Shown here: in pieces, positions 14,646 through 26,211 of the stretch
Layout of the letters: every line of letters begins with the position of its first letter
Position numbering within the stretch: the first letter of the stretch is position 1
Assembly (NCBI RefSeq): GCF_006345805.1
Contig: NC_042999.1
Span: 98,518,001-98,582,000, forward strand
DNA length: 64,000 bases
Source of the DNA: Octopus sinensis
Taxonomy: Eukaryota
Direction: 5' to 3'
Made by a program: the position numbers and the translations under genes
Notes under the pieces: model-generated
The model's input: the letters and a program-made list of their open reading frames with translations, nothing else
What the model was told of the DNA's origin: nothing
Databases searched by the model: none

Positions 14646-14920
14646 AATATTATTATATTTCGGAAGTCATACTAATAAAGCTTATAAACTCCTAAGTAGT
14701 TTGTCACTATTTTTTCTTTTCCACGAAATATTTTCACTACACAAAACTCATGACCTAATTAATGGACATATATTTTTTATATGCTTTGGAGTTTCAACTG
14801 ATTTTATTCATACTATATATGTATACCAAGTATTGAAGCGGTGATATGTTACTGCATTGGTGCTATTTCGTATTTTGTATTGTTTTATTGCTGCTCATAT
14901 AAGAACACTTGTATGTATGC

Positions 14921-14953
<33 letters not shown>

Positions 14954-15379
14954 TGTATGTATGTATGTATGTATGTATGTATGTATGTATGTATGTATGT
15001 ATGTATGTGACTGACTTTGTTAGCTTTAACCTTATTGCACTTTTTTTCTTAATTATTGTGGTGGTGGGTTGTAGTAGGTGGCGTTTTTACACCATTCATT
15101 TTTTTTATGTTGAGTGTATATTAACGAGGTTTCTGCTTCCTGTAATGTGTCAATGTTAGATTTCTGGATGTTTGGGAGCTGTTGTGTTTCTGTGCGGAAG
15201 ATTGATAAAATAGTGTTATTTGCTTTTCATTATATTCTGTCTAGTGGCCTGCAACACTTTCACATAAATTGCAGGTTATTTCTCCTATATAGATTGTAGT
15301 AGTATTCAAGTACCTTACAATTTTAACACTGATACACAACATCAAAAATACAAATGTAAACACGTAAACTACTATTAGA

Positions 15380-17500
15380 GTAATATACAAGCGGACATAT
15401 ATAGATGTAAATATAGATGTAACATCTGTTTTATCATTACCACCGACGTATGCTTTAACTGCAAATAACTTTCAGGCTACAAATAAAAACATATCTTTAC
15501 TGTTTAGGCTTAGAAAGGATCATGAACTTGCCCCTCATCCATTTACTGAACACCAGCCTGACCAGTTTCTAAACAGATACAGAAACTTCAGGCCATCATA
15601 TTTCCTCACAATTGTCATATGCCCAGTAATAGAAGTATCTCCAGATGTCTTCGATAACACTGAAAATCCCCTCTGTAGAAACAGTGACGGTGATCACTCT
15701 TATGATCTTACAGATGACTGCATGATAGGTGAAATGTATATAAAATCAGTACATCCATCAAATGATATTGATTTTACCGTACAAAAATGTGAAGAGATAA
15801 TTTGTGAGTGTTCTGCAAAGTTGATACCAACGAACTTCTCATAAAACTTACATGTGATAATGGATACTTCAACACAATCTGAAAAAGTTTTGCTCTACCA
15901 GACCAGAACAAATAGACCAGATACCATTATTTCGGCAGTAAAGTAAAATCACAACCTAAAGCTTCTTAAAAAGATACAATGGATAATGCCTTACATATAT
16001 TATATTCTGACCTCTGATCATAGATCTGTTTGATCAATGCTGACATTAAGCTACTCGACAACCATAAACACTATTTCAATTTTTACTTCCAGTTCGATTG
16101 TTAGTATCATAGACCATTACTAATTTACCAACTGTGATCGCTATCCTTTGTAGCCGTTACCGCAGGCTCGTTGTAGCGATTAAATTATTTGTCTGCTTCA
16201 AAGTTTAAGCAGATTTTATGTCTATGTAAGTAATCATTCAGAGGGTAGTGGGAAGCAAATAATACATGTGACATCATCAAGGGACACTGTTGTGTAATGC
16301 TAAACTGCATTTCTCGCTGAATTTAACAGTTTTTCCATTTGCTTTTGGGTCAGAGCCTACGTCTGTCTATAAATATGGATCTTTGCGCCAACTTGAAGCA
16401 GATGCTGAAAAAATGCTACTAGAATATTGTAAAACATTGCTGAACAAGAAAGGCAATATGCACGATTTTTTCCTTGTACAAAGTGAAAAATCAAAACCAT
16501 ATTTTCTTCATTCTTTAAAAGAGTAGAAGAGTTATACAGATTAATTTTAACGTCGAGTGAGCTGCATGTTTTATTCATGGCAACTCAAATATCCATCCAT
16601 CCTTTTTTTCCAATGATCAACGGCAGAAAGAGCTTAGAACATCTCCTTCGTAAGACCATCTTGGATTAGAGAATCCAAGATGGTCTTACGAAGGAGATGT
16701 TCTAAGACGTCAAGGAAAGTATTTACGGCTTAGATGCAATTTCTCATCAAGATATTTGAAAGTAGTTCACCAAATCTAGCAAATGAAGATGCAGAAATAT
16801 TGTTGCATGGTATCAGCTTTGAGTTTCTTCCTTGCCTTGAATACTGCAACTGTAGTATTCATTGAGACAACTATTGCATCAACTGTTTTTGATCACCTAG
16901 ACATTGATTTGCAAGCAGCATCTACAATCACTCATGGTGTCCTATAGAGACTTAATGAGTTGAGGACTGAAAACAAAAAGTTTAGATAATATACCAGGAT
17001 GTAACACAAATACAAGATGTAGATATCGCTGTTCCAGTGGAAACGTCTGGTTAGGGTAGATGAACGAAAGTGCCAAGAAGAGATTCAAGTGATTCAAATT
17101 TAGCTGTATGTCTGCAACGTCAGCTCAAAACTTGTATTACACATTTGTACATACACTCGTTCAAGAAATTGGGACATTTCAAAGAAAGAAGGAAATAGCA
17201 CAAGATATTCCATAGCCAAACTGTGTCACTAAACTGAAAGGCAAATCGAGACATGGCAATATGTAGTAAAGTTATATATTCAAATACTCTCTGAAAGTTC
17301 TATGGCTAGAAGAAAACAACTAAATTTTGATAGTATGAATGGGTTTTTACACCTCTTTACCAAAGGGATCTGTGATCCAATTGTAAGGTAGAAAAGGATG
17401 CTAATCAAGTCTTCCCTCTCATGTACGACTTGCATACAGTCTATGAATATTTTCAGTAACAACAGCAGCTGTGGAGAGCTCCTTCTCCAAGCTCGTGCTC

Positions 17501-17578
<78 letters not shown>

Positions 17579-17680
17579 CGGAGATGTGTTGATAAGAGAA
17601 ACATTCCGATCTCATGTTGCTTAGCATTGACGAATACATCCCCATTGATAATTAAGAAGTAAATATTTTGAAGCACATTG
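15380..17680 (-). pseudogene. Decayed Academ-like transposase relic interrupted by (TA)n
   Basis: Minus-strand motifs occur in the expected order: IINGDVFV (~17650), AVVTE (~17460), ADT..Q (~16810), GSD...GK (~16330), IWR..(G)W..KWMRG (~15640-15530) and a Cys-containing tail (~15470-15410). All are broken by stops or frameshifts. Confidence 0.35.
16633..16706. other. Perfect inverted repeat with 35-bp arms and a 4-nt loop
   Basis: cttagaacatctccttcgtaagaccatcttggatt-agag-aatccaagatggtcttacgaaggagatgttctaag, with zero mismatches. Confidence 0.97.
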
Positions 17681-18355
17681 CCAACAAGAGAATGCTATTT
17701 TTATTAACTAAAACATATCAGCTTCTTTATTCCTAAGTATGCACTTCATTGCAGATAAGAATATAAATTTTGCTTTTTCTATTTTATAATAAGAGTCTAT
17801 GTCTCTTCTGTTGACACTTAAAATCTATGACCATCATATTAAACATCCCACAGGGTATTTCTATAAATCTGTAATATGTAGATTTACATTATTCCATATT
17901 TAAATGCAAACACCGGAGAACACTATCAGAAAATTGAAATAATTGTAATTTGTATGATGTGCAAGATACAAGCCAATATAAATTAAAAAAATTATAATAA
18001 TTGCAGTTTAACTACAATATTTCAATATCTCAATATCTTTTGAAAATCTTGTAATAAAAACAACTTTTTATTATATTTTCTTTAAACAATTTTATATATA
18101 AAAATAATTTATTGAACTTAATGGAACTGAAGTATAATTACGACATACAATTTATCATGTTTTTGTGTATGTATGTATGTATGTATGTATGTATGTATGT
18201 ATGTTATGTATGTATGTATGCATGCATATATGTATGTATGAATGTATGTGTATAAATATGTAAACGAACGCACATATATGTACATATGCATATATGTGTG
18301 TCTGTGTGTATGCGTGTGTGTATGTATGTGTATGTATGTATGTCCATCGGTCTAT

Positions 18356-18410
<55 letters not shown>

Positions 18411-18466
18411 CACTCATACATACATATACACACACACGCACACACATACGCACACACACACACACA

Positions 18467-18684
18467 CAGTAATCAATCGACTATCGCAAGTGTTACATTC
18501 CAAAACCCACCGTGATAGGTGTAAATCCGTGAATTTGAAACAGTACTGTACTGTATATTTTTAAAAAATTATTTTTGTAATTTGTATACATTTATCTTAT
18601 AAATGCAAAACACCACGGAGGAATCGACGTAAGCTTAAATAATAAACCGCGATAGGTGAACCGCGATATGGCGTGTGATTACTG
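18467..18684. mobile_element. Tigger/pogo-type MITE
   Basis: Ends cagtaatcaatcgactatcgc ... gcgatatggcgtgtgattactg, followed by TA. CAGT...ACTG termini with a TA target are typical of Tc1/pogo elements. Confidence 0.75.
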
Positions 18685-18724
18685 TATGTATGCATGCATG
18701 TGTGATGTGTGTGTGTGTGTGTGT

Positions 18725-18773
<49 letters not shown>

Positions 18774-18784
18774 TGTGTATGGTG

Positions 18785-18910
18785 CAAACAAAAGCGAAGA
18801 CGAGGTAAAAGAAATAGACTAACAAACAGTAAGTTTTAGGTTTACGCTCAGGAAAACTTGAAGGAAGTGTCTTTTTCTGTTTCGAGCATACATTCTTCTA
18901 CAGAAAGAAA
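18785..18910 (-). mobile_element. Penelope-like terminal module, decayed
   Basis: The minus strand reads cttt-CTGTAGA-a-gaat(gtat)gctc-GAAA-cagaaaaagac. The flanks match 10355-10430. Confidence 0.55.
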
Positions 18911-19644
18911 AGACGAAGAGTGCTAAAAAAGAGAAAAGAACAAACGTGTTTCAATTTGTCGTTCATGCTTTTAGAAACTGGCTAATGGCATGAAATGAAA
19001 AATTCACTCATGATTTCGGAACCATAAGTTATCTACCGTACCTATTTTGTATGAAATTTCTGCTTTTTGTCTCTACCATATAGACAATAGTCACACTTCT
19101 AAAACGTTTAATTCTCTTCAATATGCCATTGAATTCTTTAAACTTTATTTGCTTTAGCTTGTACACATTTTGTCATATTATCGATTTGATTGAACCCATA
19201 TATATATATAACGCTCTTAGTTTAGAAATAAACTATTTAAGTAATTTCGAAACCTTTGAAAGGTATATGTTTGGAGTCGATGCCAGTTTATAATCGACAC
19301 CGCTTTTCCATTCGAGTGTTGAAAAAGGACTGCAAGCTAACCTCAACTATAAAAAACTGGATTAAAGGCAGCCCCATTCTTAGTCACCGACTGATCATAT
19401 GGGAGAACTCGTAGAAACCACGCAAGGCCCCGGAATCGTATGAAATAACGTTTTTTTTTCAATCCTGTTTTATTGCTCTCTCATAGTGTTATCCCTTATT
19501 CCTGTTAAATATCTCATTGAACAATTTGGAATAGTCTTGCTTCACTTCTTTATAGATTAAGATGTTTCCAAACAACCATGTGTTTGCCTGTCTGTCTCTT
19601 TGATACAAACACACTCTCTCTCTCTCTCTCTCTCTCTCTGGATG

Positions 19645-19676
<32 letters not shown>

Positions 19677-19712
19677 CGTTTGTGTGTGTGCGTTTGTGTG
19701 TGTGTGTCAATA

Positions 19713-19926
19713 TTTTTTCTACTATAGGCACGAGGCCTGAAATTTGGTGGGAGGGGACTAATCGATTACATCGAATCCAGTACTCTACTGGTACTTATTT
19801 TATCGATCCCGAAAGGATGAAAGGCAAAGTCAACCTCGGCGGAATTTGAACTCTGAACGTGAAGACGGACGAAATGCTGTTAAGCATCTCGTCCAGTCTG
19901 CTAACGATTCAGCAAGCTCGCCACCT
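19713..19926 (-). mobile_element. SINE family A monomer with a 15-bp TSD (one mismatch)
   Basis: gtgtgtgtRtcaata occurs at 19698-19712 and 19927-19941. Confidence 0.9.
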
Positions 19927-20613
19927 GTGTGTGTATCAATAATAATATAAATAAAACTAGTACGATCAAAACATATAAAAGATGACGTAGGGAGACAGTA
20001 CGAATTGTAATAACCGAATATATTAGGTGGCTGCACAGTATATGATAGTAAAAGAAATACGCCATAGAAAATCTAATAGACTATAACATCAAAACCTAAA
20101 CTAATTAGCAATTGGCAAGAAAAGGTCACGAGTCCTCTCCATCAAAATAAACATATGGCTGATAGATACAAAAAACTGAATAATAACAAGATTAAATAAA
20201 CCTGTGTTGAGGATATATTAGAAATGAAAACTTAATGTTAATCTAATAAAATGGTAAATAAAGATTATGAGGATAGAAAATGTCATACCAACAAATTGGG
20301 TATCCATAATATTTATTAGATATATGAACAAATACAACGAACTATCTATCCATATTAACATATTAATAATTACAAATAATATTAATACTAGTAACAACAG
20401 TATGAATAACAATACTGATGATAAAAATAGCAATAACACAAGAACAACTACAATGAAATACCTAACAATATAAATATATTAAATTAAGAATAATAGAAAC
20501 GCAGAAAAACAATTAAAGAACCTGATACACGAACGGTAGTATAAAATAGTAGTAACTGAATGAAAGTTCTGACTACCCTGGAAGCAACAACGATTAATTT
20601 GTGTATCTGCACC

Positions 20614-20683
<70 letters not shown>

Positions 20684-20726
20684 CAGGCAGGGGAGCGAAC
20701 CCCTACCAGCCTCCAGCGACGGGACT

Positions 20727-20770
20727 ATCAGACCGTACGGTTTCGATCTATTTGTTCTCATCTTCAGTGG
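20727..20770 (-). ncRNA. Type I hammerhead ribozyme candidate with a canonical core
   Basis: The minus strand reads cca-CTGAAGA-t-ga(gaacaaataga)tc-GAAA-ccgtacgg-TC-tga. ACCGTACGGT is a perfect palindrome and the cleavage triplet is GUC. Confidence 0.6.
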
Positions 20771-21394
20771 TGGATGATAAACGTTACTATACATACATAC
20801 ATATATACATACATACATACATACATACATACATACATACATGCATACATACATACGTACATACATATATATATATGACATTGTGGGTTTCATTTAAACT
20901 TATAATATCAGAACAGTGCCTATTTTTTCAACGAAGACACCTCTTAATCTCAGTCTGTGCCCATCATTGTTCACTAGTACCTTTCGTCATCGACTGCGGA
21001 AGGATGAAATGCAAACTCAACCTCAAACCAGGGCGTAAGTCACGTAACTAAATACCGAAGGGATTTTCTACGAAGATTTCCAAACAATAGCATGAAATTG
21101 CAAATGAATCTAAAATGGTAAGTAATCATTGAAGATAATGTTAGTTCGTGAGTGTGAGATATCTGAATAGCAGAGGATTTAGAATATTTTCATGCTATTT
21201 CTGTTGCTTTGTACATAGGTCGTTTTTAAAACACTTATCTACAAATCTGCTTATTAGGAGAAAATATTGGAAAAAATTTGGGATTTTGATTTATTAAAAT
21301 ATTTGTAAGTAACAAAACTAAAATGGTCCCTATGAAATATTGAAACAGAAGCTAAGAGAAGTATATATTACCATGTGTTGAAAATAGAAGATTA

Positions 21395-21744
21395 AAAGGG
21401 TAAAGACCCCCTTCGGTCATGGATGACCATGGGATTGCACCTAGAAAGTTACCCTCCTAGACACAAGTCCGGGCAAGGTTGTTTATGGAAGGCCAGCAGT
21501 CGCCCATGCATACCAGCCTCCCCTCTCCGCACCACCAGTGTTATCCAAGGGAAAGGCAACAGCAGATACAGCTTGGCACCTGTGACGTCGCAACTCATTT
21601 CTACAGCTGAGTGAACTGGAGCTACGTGAAATAAAGTGCCTTGCTCGAGAACACAACACGCAGCCCAGTCCGGGATTCGAGCTCACAACCTCACGATCGT
21701 AAGCTCGACGCTCTAACCACTGAGCCATGCGCCTTCACATGGCC
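21395..21744 (-). mobile_element. SINE family B (tRNA-derived head) with a 10-bp TSD
   Basis: The minus-strand head gtgaaggcgcatggctcagtggttagagc...ggttgtgagctcgaatccc has A/B-box-like motifs. tagaagatta occurs at 21385-21394 and 21745-21754. Confidence 0.9.
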
Positions 21745-22469
21745 TAGAAGATTAGATTTCTTATTATCATAGTCGTAAATTGAAATTGAAAAATAATGCA
21801 ACAACATTACAAACATTAAGCGGAAAACAAAAGTTTTATGGATTAAAGATAGTTTCAAGACAAGTATAAAAAACAAACAGGTTAAGTTGATAAATATACA
21901 CTAAAGATAACAACGAATTTGTATTCTAAATATATATACTGACAAGATGATAAACGAAAAGGAACAGGAAAACGATAAAGAGCTGAAATAAAGGGAGATA
22001 ACCTGAATAGAACGCCGAAAGATGTTAATAATGGAAGATTGTTTAATTAGTTATATAAGCTCTAGGTTTTTAAGTTGAAGAATAAACTGTTGTATAACTC
22101 ATTCAATTCTTTGTATCATTTATCGTAATATAAATATACTCTTCAGATAGGCACCAGTAATTATTGATGTAGACTTAGACTAAGGTTAAAAGCACTCTTT
22201 TTAGGCAATTTTTTAATAAACATTGCACTTCACAGGCATCCTGATATAGAAGTATTTGGTTGCTTAAAGTGCATCCCTAAATATATTTTGCTATAAATGG
22301 AAGCATAATAATAAGAAAGCTAGAAATTAGAAAACATAATGAATCGTAATTGCTGTAGTCGTTATTTTTACGCGTATGGACGTCATTAGCTTCGTAATCG
22401 AATTACTATCAATTGATAACATTTCAAGCATGATTAATATTTGTACAATTGTACATTTATACAATTATG

Positions 22470-22860
22470 AGGGCAGTGGACTGACAGGATTGGTGGAGCG
22501 GGAAGCAAGATGCCTTGCGGTATTTAGTTGTCTACCTTTCCATTCTGAGTTCAATATCCACAGGTCACTTAGCCTTTCATCTTTCCGAGTTCGATAAAAT
22601 TTGAGTCAAATTAAGTACTGAGTTTATCTAATTGTCTATACTCCTTCCCTAAATTTGAGGAGTTTTGTCTGTGTAAAAAATCATTATTTCTACAATCGGT
22701 AGTGAATAGGCGAAATCGATATTAGCATCAGACATATGTTGCTGTATTTAACTACTCTTTGCTCTCTGATTTCAAATCCTGCCGAAATCAGTTTTGTGTT
22801 TTATACCGATGTTTTAACTTAATGAAGTACCAGTCAAGTACTGCAATTAAATTTGATCGT
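22470..22860 (+). mobile_element. Two decayed SINE family A copies
   Basis: The motifs ttctgagttcaat..tagcctttcatctttccgagttcgataaaat and tctgatttcaaatcctgccgaaatc..aagtaccagtcaagtactg are recognisable. Confidence 0.6.
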
Positions 22861-22861
22861 C

Positions 22862-23289
22862 AGATCTTTTCGGTTTGAACGGCAGTTTTTTCTAGCGGTG
22901 TCATATGAAATTGTCACCCATAATTATGACCCTAGTATCGATCTATTGCATTTCAATCTATTTTAGGGTTAGTTAGGGTTAGGGTTAGGGGTGGGGGGAA
23001 GGGTATCTTTTTTTCTTCACAAATATAAATAAACCCAATCTGTTTTTTAAACGAGGGACATATTATTCATACGTCACAGAATGTTGTTTACCTCAATAGA
23101 CGTCAGTGATTGGTTGAAATTGCAAAAATGGAAGAAAAAACAACAAATATCTTACAAATTATAGAATTTTCTCAATAAAGCCAAGAGAAAAAGATGTTTT
23201 ATAAACACATTCTACCAGTATACGAAGTTTAAAATATTTTAGTTACCTAGAAATTATGTTAAAAACTGCCGTTCAAACCGAAAAGATCC
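22862..23289. mobile_element. MITE with 28-bp perfect TIRs, an 8-bp TSD and internal TTAGGG repeats
   Basis: gatcttttcggtttgaacggcagttttt (22863-22890) is the exact reverse complement of 23261-23288. tgatcgtc occurs at 22854-22861 and 23290-23297. Confidence 0.92.
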
Positions 23290-25143
23290 TGATCGTCTGT
23301 TTTCCACCCAGCGAAAATATTTCAAGTTTTCCTATGTTAGCCACTCATAATATAACCTCATATATGAACAGAAGGAAATCAGAATTGAATGTTTTTACAT
23401 TTATAAAGGCGGTAGATTCACGGAATCGACAGAACATTGGATTAAACCTCATGTGCTATTTAATACTATCTGTTTACATTGTAAGTTCATCTTATGCCAA
23501 AGTTGACTTGTTTCTCATCATTCCAGCTTGGATAAAATAATTACTAGTGATATACTGGAGTCGCTTTAATCGCCTGTACCCTTTCTCAGTATTTCTAGCA
23601 AACAGCCAATGTCTGAAATCAATGCTTATTCAACCATCAAACTTTCATAATGAAGAATAGTAATTAGTGGCAGGTTAATGATGTCTAGCTTCAGGAAGAA
23701 TCAGATTTTAACTAAAATTTGCAATGCTCTTTGTTGTCAGATGCAATAGTGACCAACATTCCGGACAGTACTCTTCTTTTCATTATTTCCGCGATGAAGA
23801 GAAGTAACTGCCGAAATGTTGATCTCTAATTCAACCTATGGCACAAATACAACACTACATCACTTCAGTTATTATTCAAATTTAATAACGACTTACACCC
23901 AAAACAGTATATAATGACTGTAGTGAGATAAGTTTCTGATTTAACATATACTTAATCCTATTAGGTTATATAAAACACAGTTGAACAACTCGCAAACATA
24001 TTTCATTAATTCTAAAAATATTATCAGGGTTACGTCTCTAAACAAAAGATTCCATTATCTTGCCTATGAACTGCTTGAGATATTATCTATTTAAAAAGAA
24101 ATCGCTGTCTATTTTTGAACTTGTTGTTAGGTAACTGTTATTATTGATGTATAGCCGTGATATTCGATATATGCCTCGATTAATCAAAGAATAGTAACTT
24201 CGTTATCTCTACAATCCGTTGTCGTAATGTGAAATATTTGGCTTGAAAATAAATCTCTTCAGGCTTACTCTACCCCGTTTCGATTATCTACTGGTTTTTA
24301 TTAATTTCATTACAATGAAAATTCCTGTTCATAAACGACTGATGGACAACTAAAATCTTATCGTTCAAATTTATATTTGTAACATGATGGAGAGAAGAAT
24401 GCTTTGCGATATTTACTCTGGCTCTCTGTGCTCCGTGTTCAAATTTTACCAAGGGTACCGACCACAACATCTGTGGTATATCATATTTCAAGAGTTTCTT
24501 GTAGGTTTTCCTCACGCTCATATAAAGAATTAGAAATGAGTGTTAAAGCCCCACTGATTACACTGTGTTTATTTATACTTCCTATCATTTCTATTATGTT
24601 GCTGTTGCTAGTAGTGGTGTTGCTGCTACTGTTGTTGTTTGGGCTTAGGTTACTCCTGATCAAACAGATGATGAAAGGCATTCTGGCTGTGACAGTCCTA
24701 TCAATTTCTTAGAGAATGTGTGGAACTACATCATATCAAGTGCTACTACCCCACTTATGATGGTGAGATGTGATTTGGGGAAGATTTGGCGGCTATTACT
24801 TAAATCTCGAGCAATTTTATGAACTATATTTTTTCAAGAGAACACCAAGTAACTCGTACAAAAATATGGACAAGCTTTAAAATAATAAGAAATTTCCTTA
24901 TAACTAGTATGGAACATAGACTTGATTTAATACATGTCTAAAAGAACAACTGATGTACACATACATACACACATATATGTGTGTGTCTATATATATGCGT
25001 GAGTAGATATATGTATATTATATATTTACTTATATATTTCCTATTTGTATATATGTATGAATATATACTGATATACATATATATCATATATATATATATA
25101 CATACATATAAATATACATATATACATATAAATAAATAAATAA

Positions 25144-25303
<160 letters not shown>

Positions 25304-25324
25304 TATATAGTTGAAATTTACAGG

Positions 25325-26110
25325 AAAAGAAATGACGAAGACAGATGTATGAACAACAAGCAGGTGTATTAGTTTGACACTAGGGAAAATGAGAAAGTCG
25401 TTTACGTCACGAGCCTACGCTCTTCAACAGAAAGGAATAAGAAAAAATAAATAGAGAGAGCATGAAAAATGGTCTGGATTTAGCGATCAAGCACGGCGAC
25501 TGGTTAGGAAAAAAGTTTGACAGGAGAAGTAGAAAGAAGGGGAGATAATAAAGTATTGGTGATCTCAAAACGAAGGAGCGCGTGCGTGTGTGTGTATGTG
25601 AAAATGTGTAAGTGTGTGTTTGTGGATAGGGGCTAGTGATTTTGATGTATGTGGATGTGTGCATGTGTTAGTGTGTGCGTCTGTAATGTGTGAGTGCATG
25701 GATGATGGTGTGTGGGTGTGCAGATGATGTTGTGTGGGTGCTGGGGAGTGGTCAGTGCTAGTGTGTGTGGAGTGGCGAGGAGTGGTGTGATGTGGTGTTG
25801 TGGCGAGGAGTGGTGTGATGTGGTGTTGTGGCGTGAGGTGTGGGGTGGTGTGTGAGTTTGGGGTGGAGGTTGGGGTAGGATGGAGGTGTGGAGTACGGGT
25901 GGGGATTGTGGGGTGGCTGTGTGGGTGTGGGTGGAAGGTGGTATCAATGAAGAGAGAAGCTGGGTAGGCGTGAAGAAGGAAGTAGGTGTCAGATGAAGAG
26001 AAGAGAGGAGGGGAGTTGAGCCCATATGACGCAAAGGAGGGAGGAGAGAAGATTAATTCTTGTTCACAGCGAAGGCGGGAGTCCGGATAGTGCTTGTACA
26101 AAGACAATCC
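25325..26110 (-). mobile_element. Penelope-like element 3' end: GIY-YIG C-terminus, expanded simple repeats and a ribozyme-like terminal module
   Basis: ORF 25565..26107 begins SLYKHYPDSRLRCEQELIFSPPSFASYGLN, matching the PLE endonuclease tail R...EQ.LIF.L.T..P.GLN. A decayed hammerhead, cttt-CTGTTGA-a-gagc(gtag)gctc-GTGA-cgta, lies at ~25400-25434. Confidence 0.7.
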
Positions 26111-26162
26111 GAAGACAGACAGGTCTTGTAGTGATATATATATTATATATATATATATATAT

Positions 26163-26211
<49 letters not shown>

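Noticed and set aside
21660-21744. SINE heads as tRNA genes (also 47789 and 50040-50113)
   Set aside because: They have A/B-box-like motifs but run into SINE bodies and have TSDs or tails. I could not form a complete cloverleaf.
22965-22997. TTAGGG as a telomere or chromosome-fusion scar
   Set aside because: There are only about three units, and they lie inside a MITE with TIRs and a TSD.
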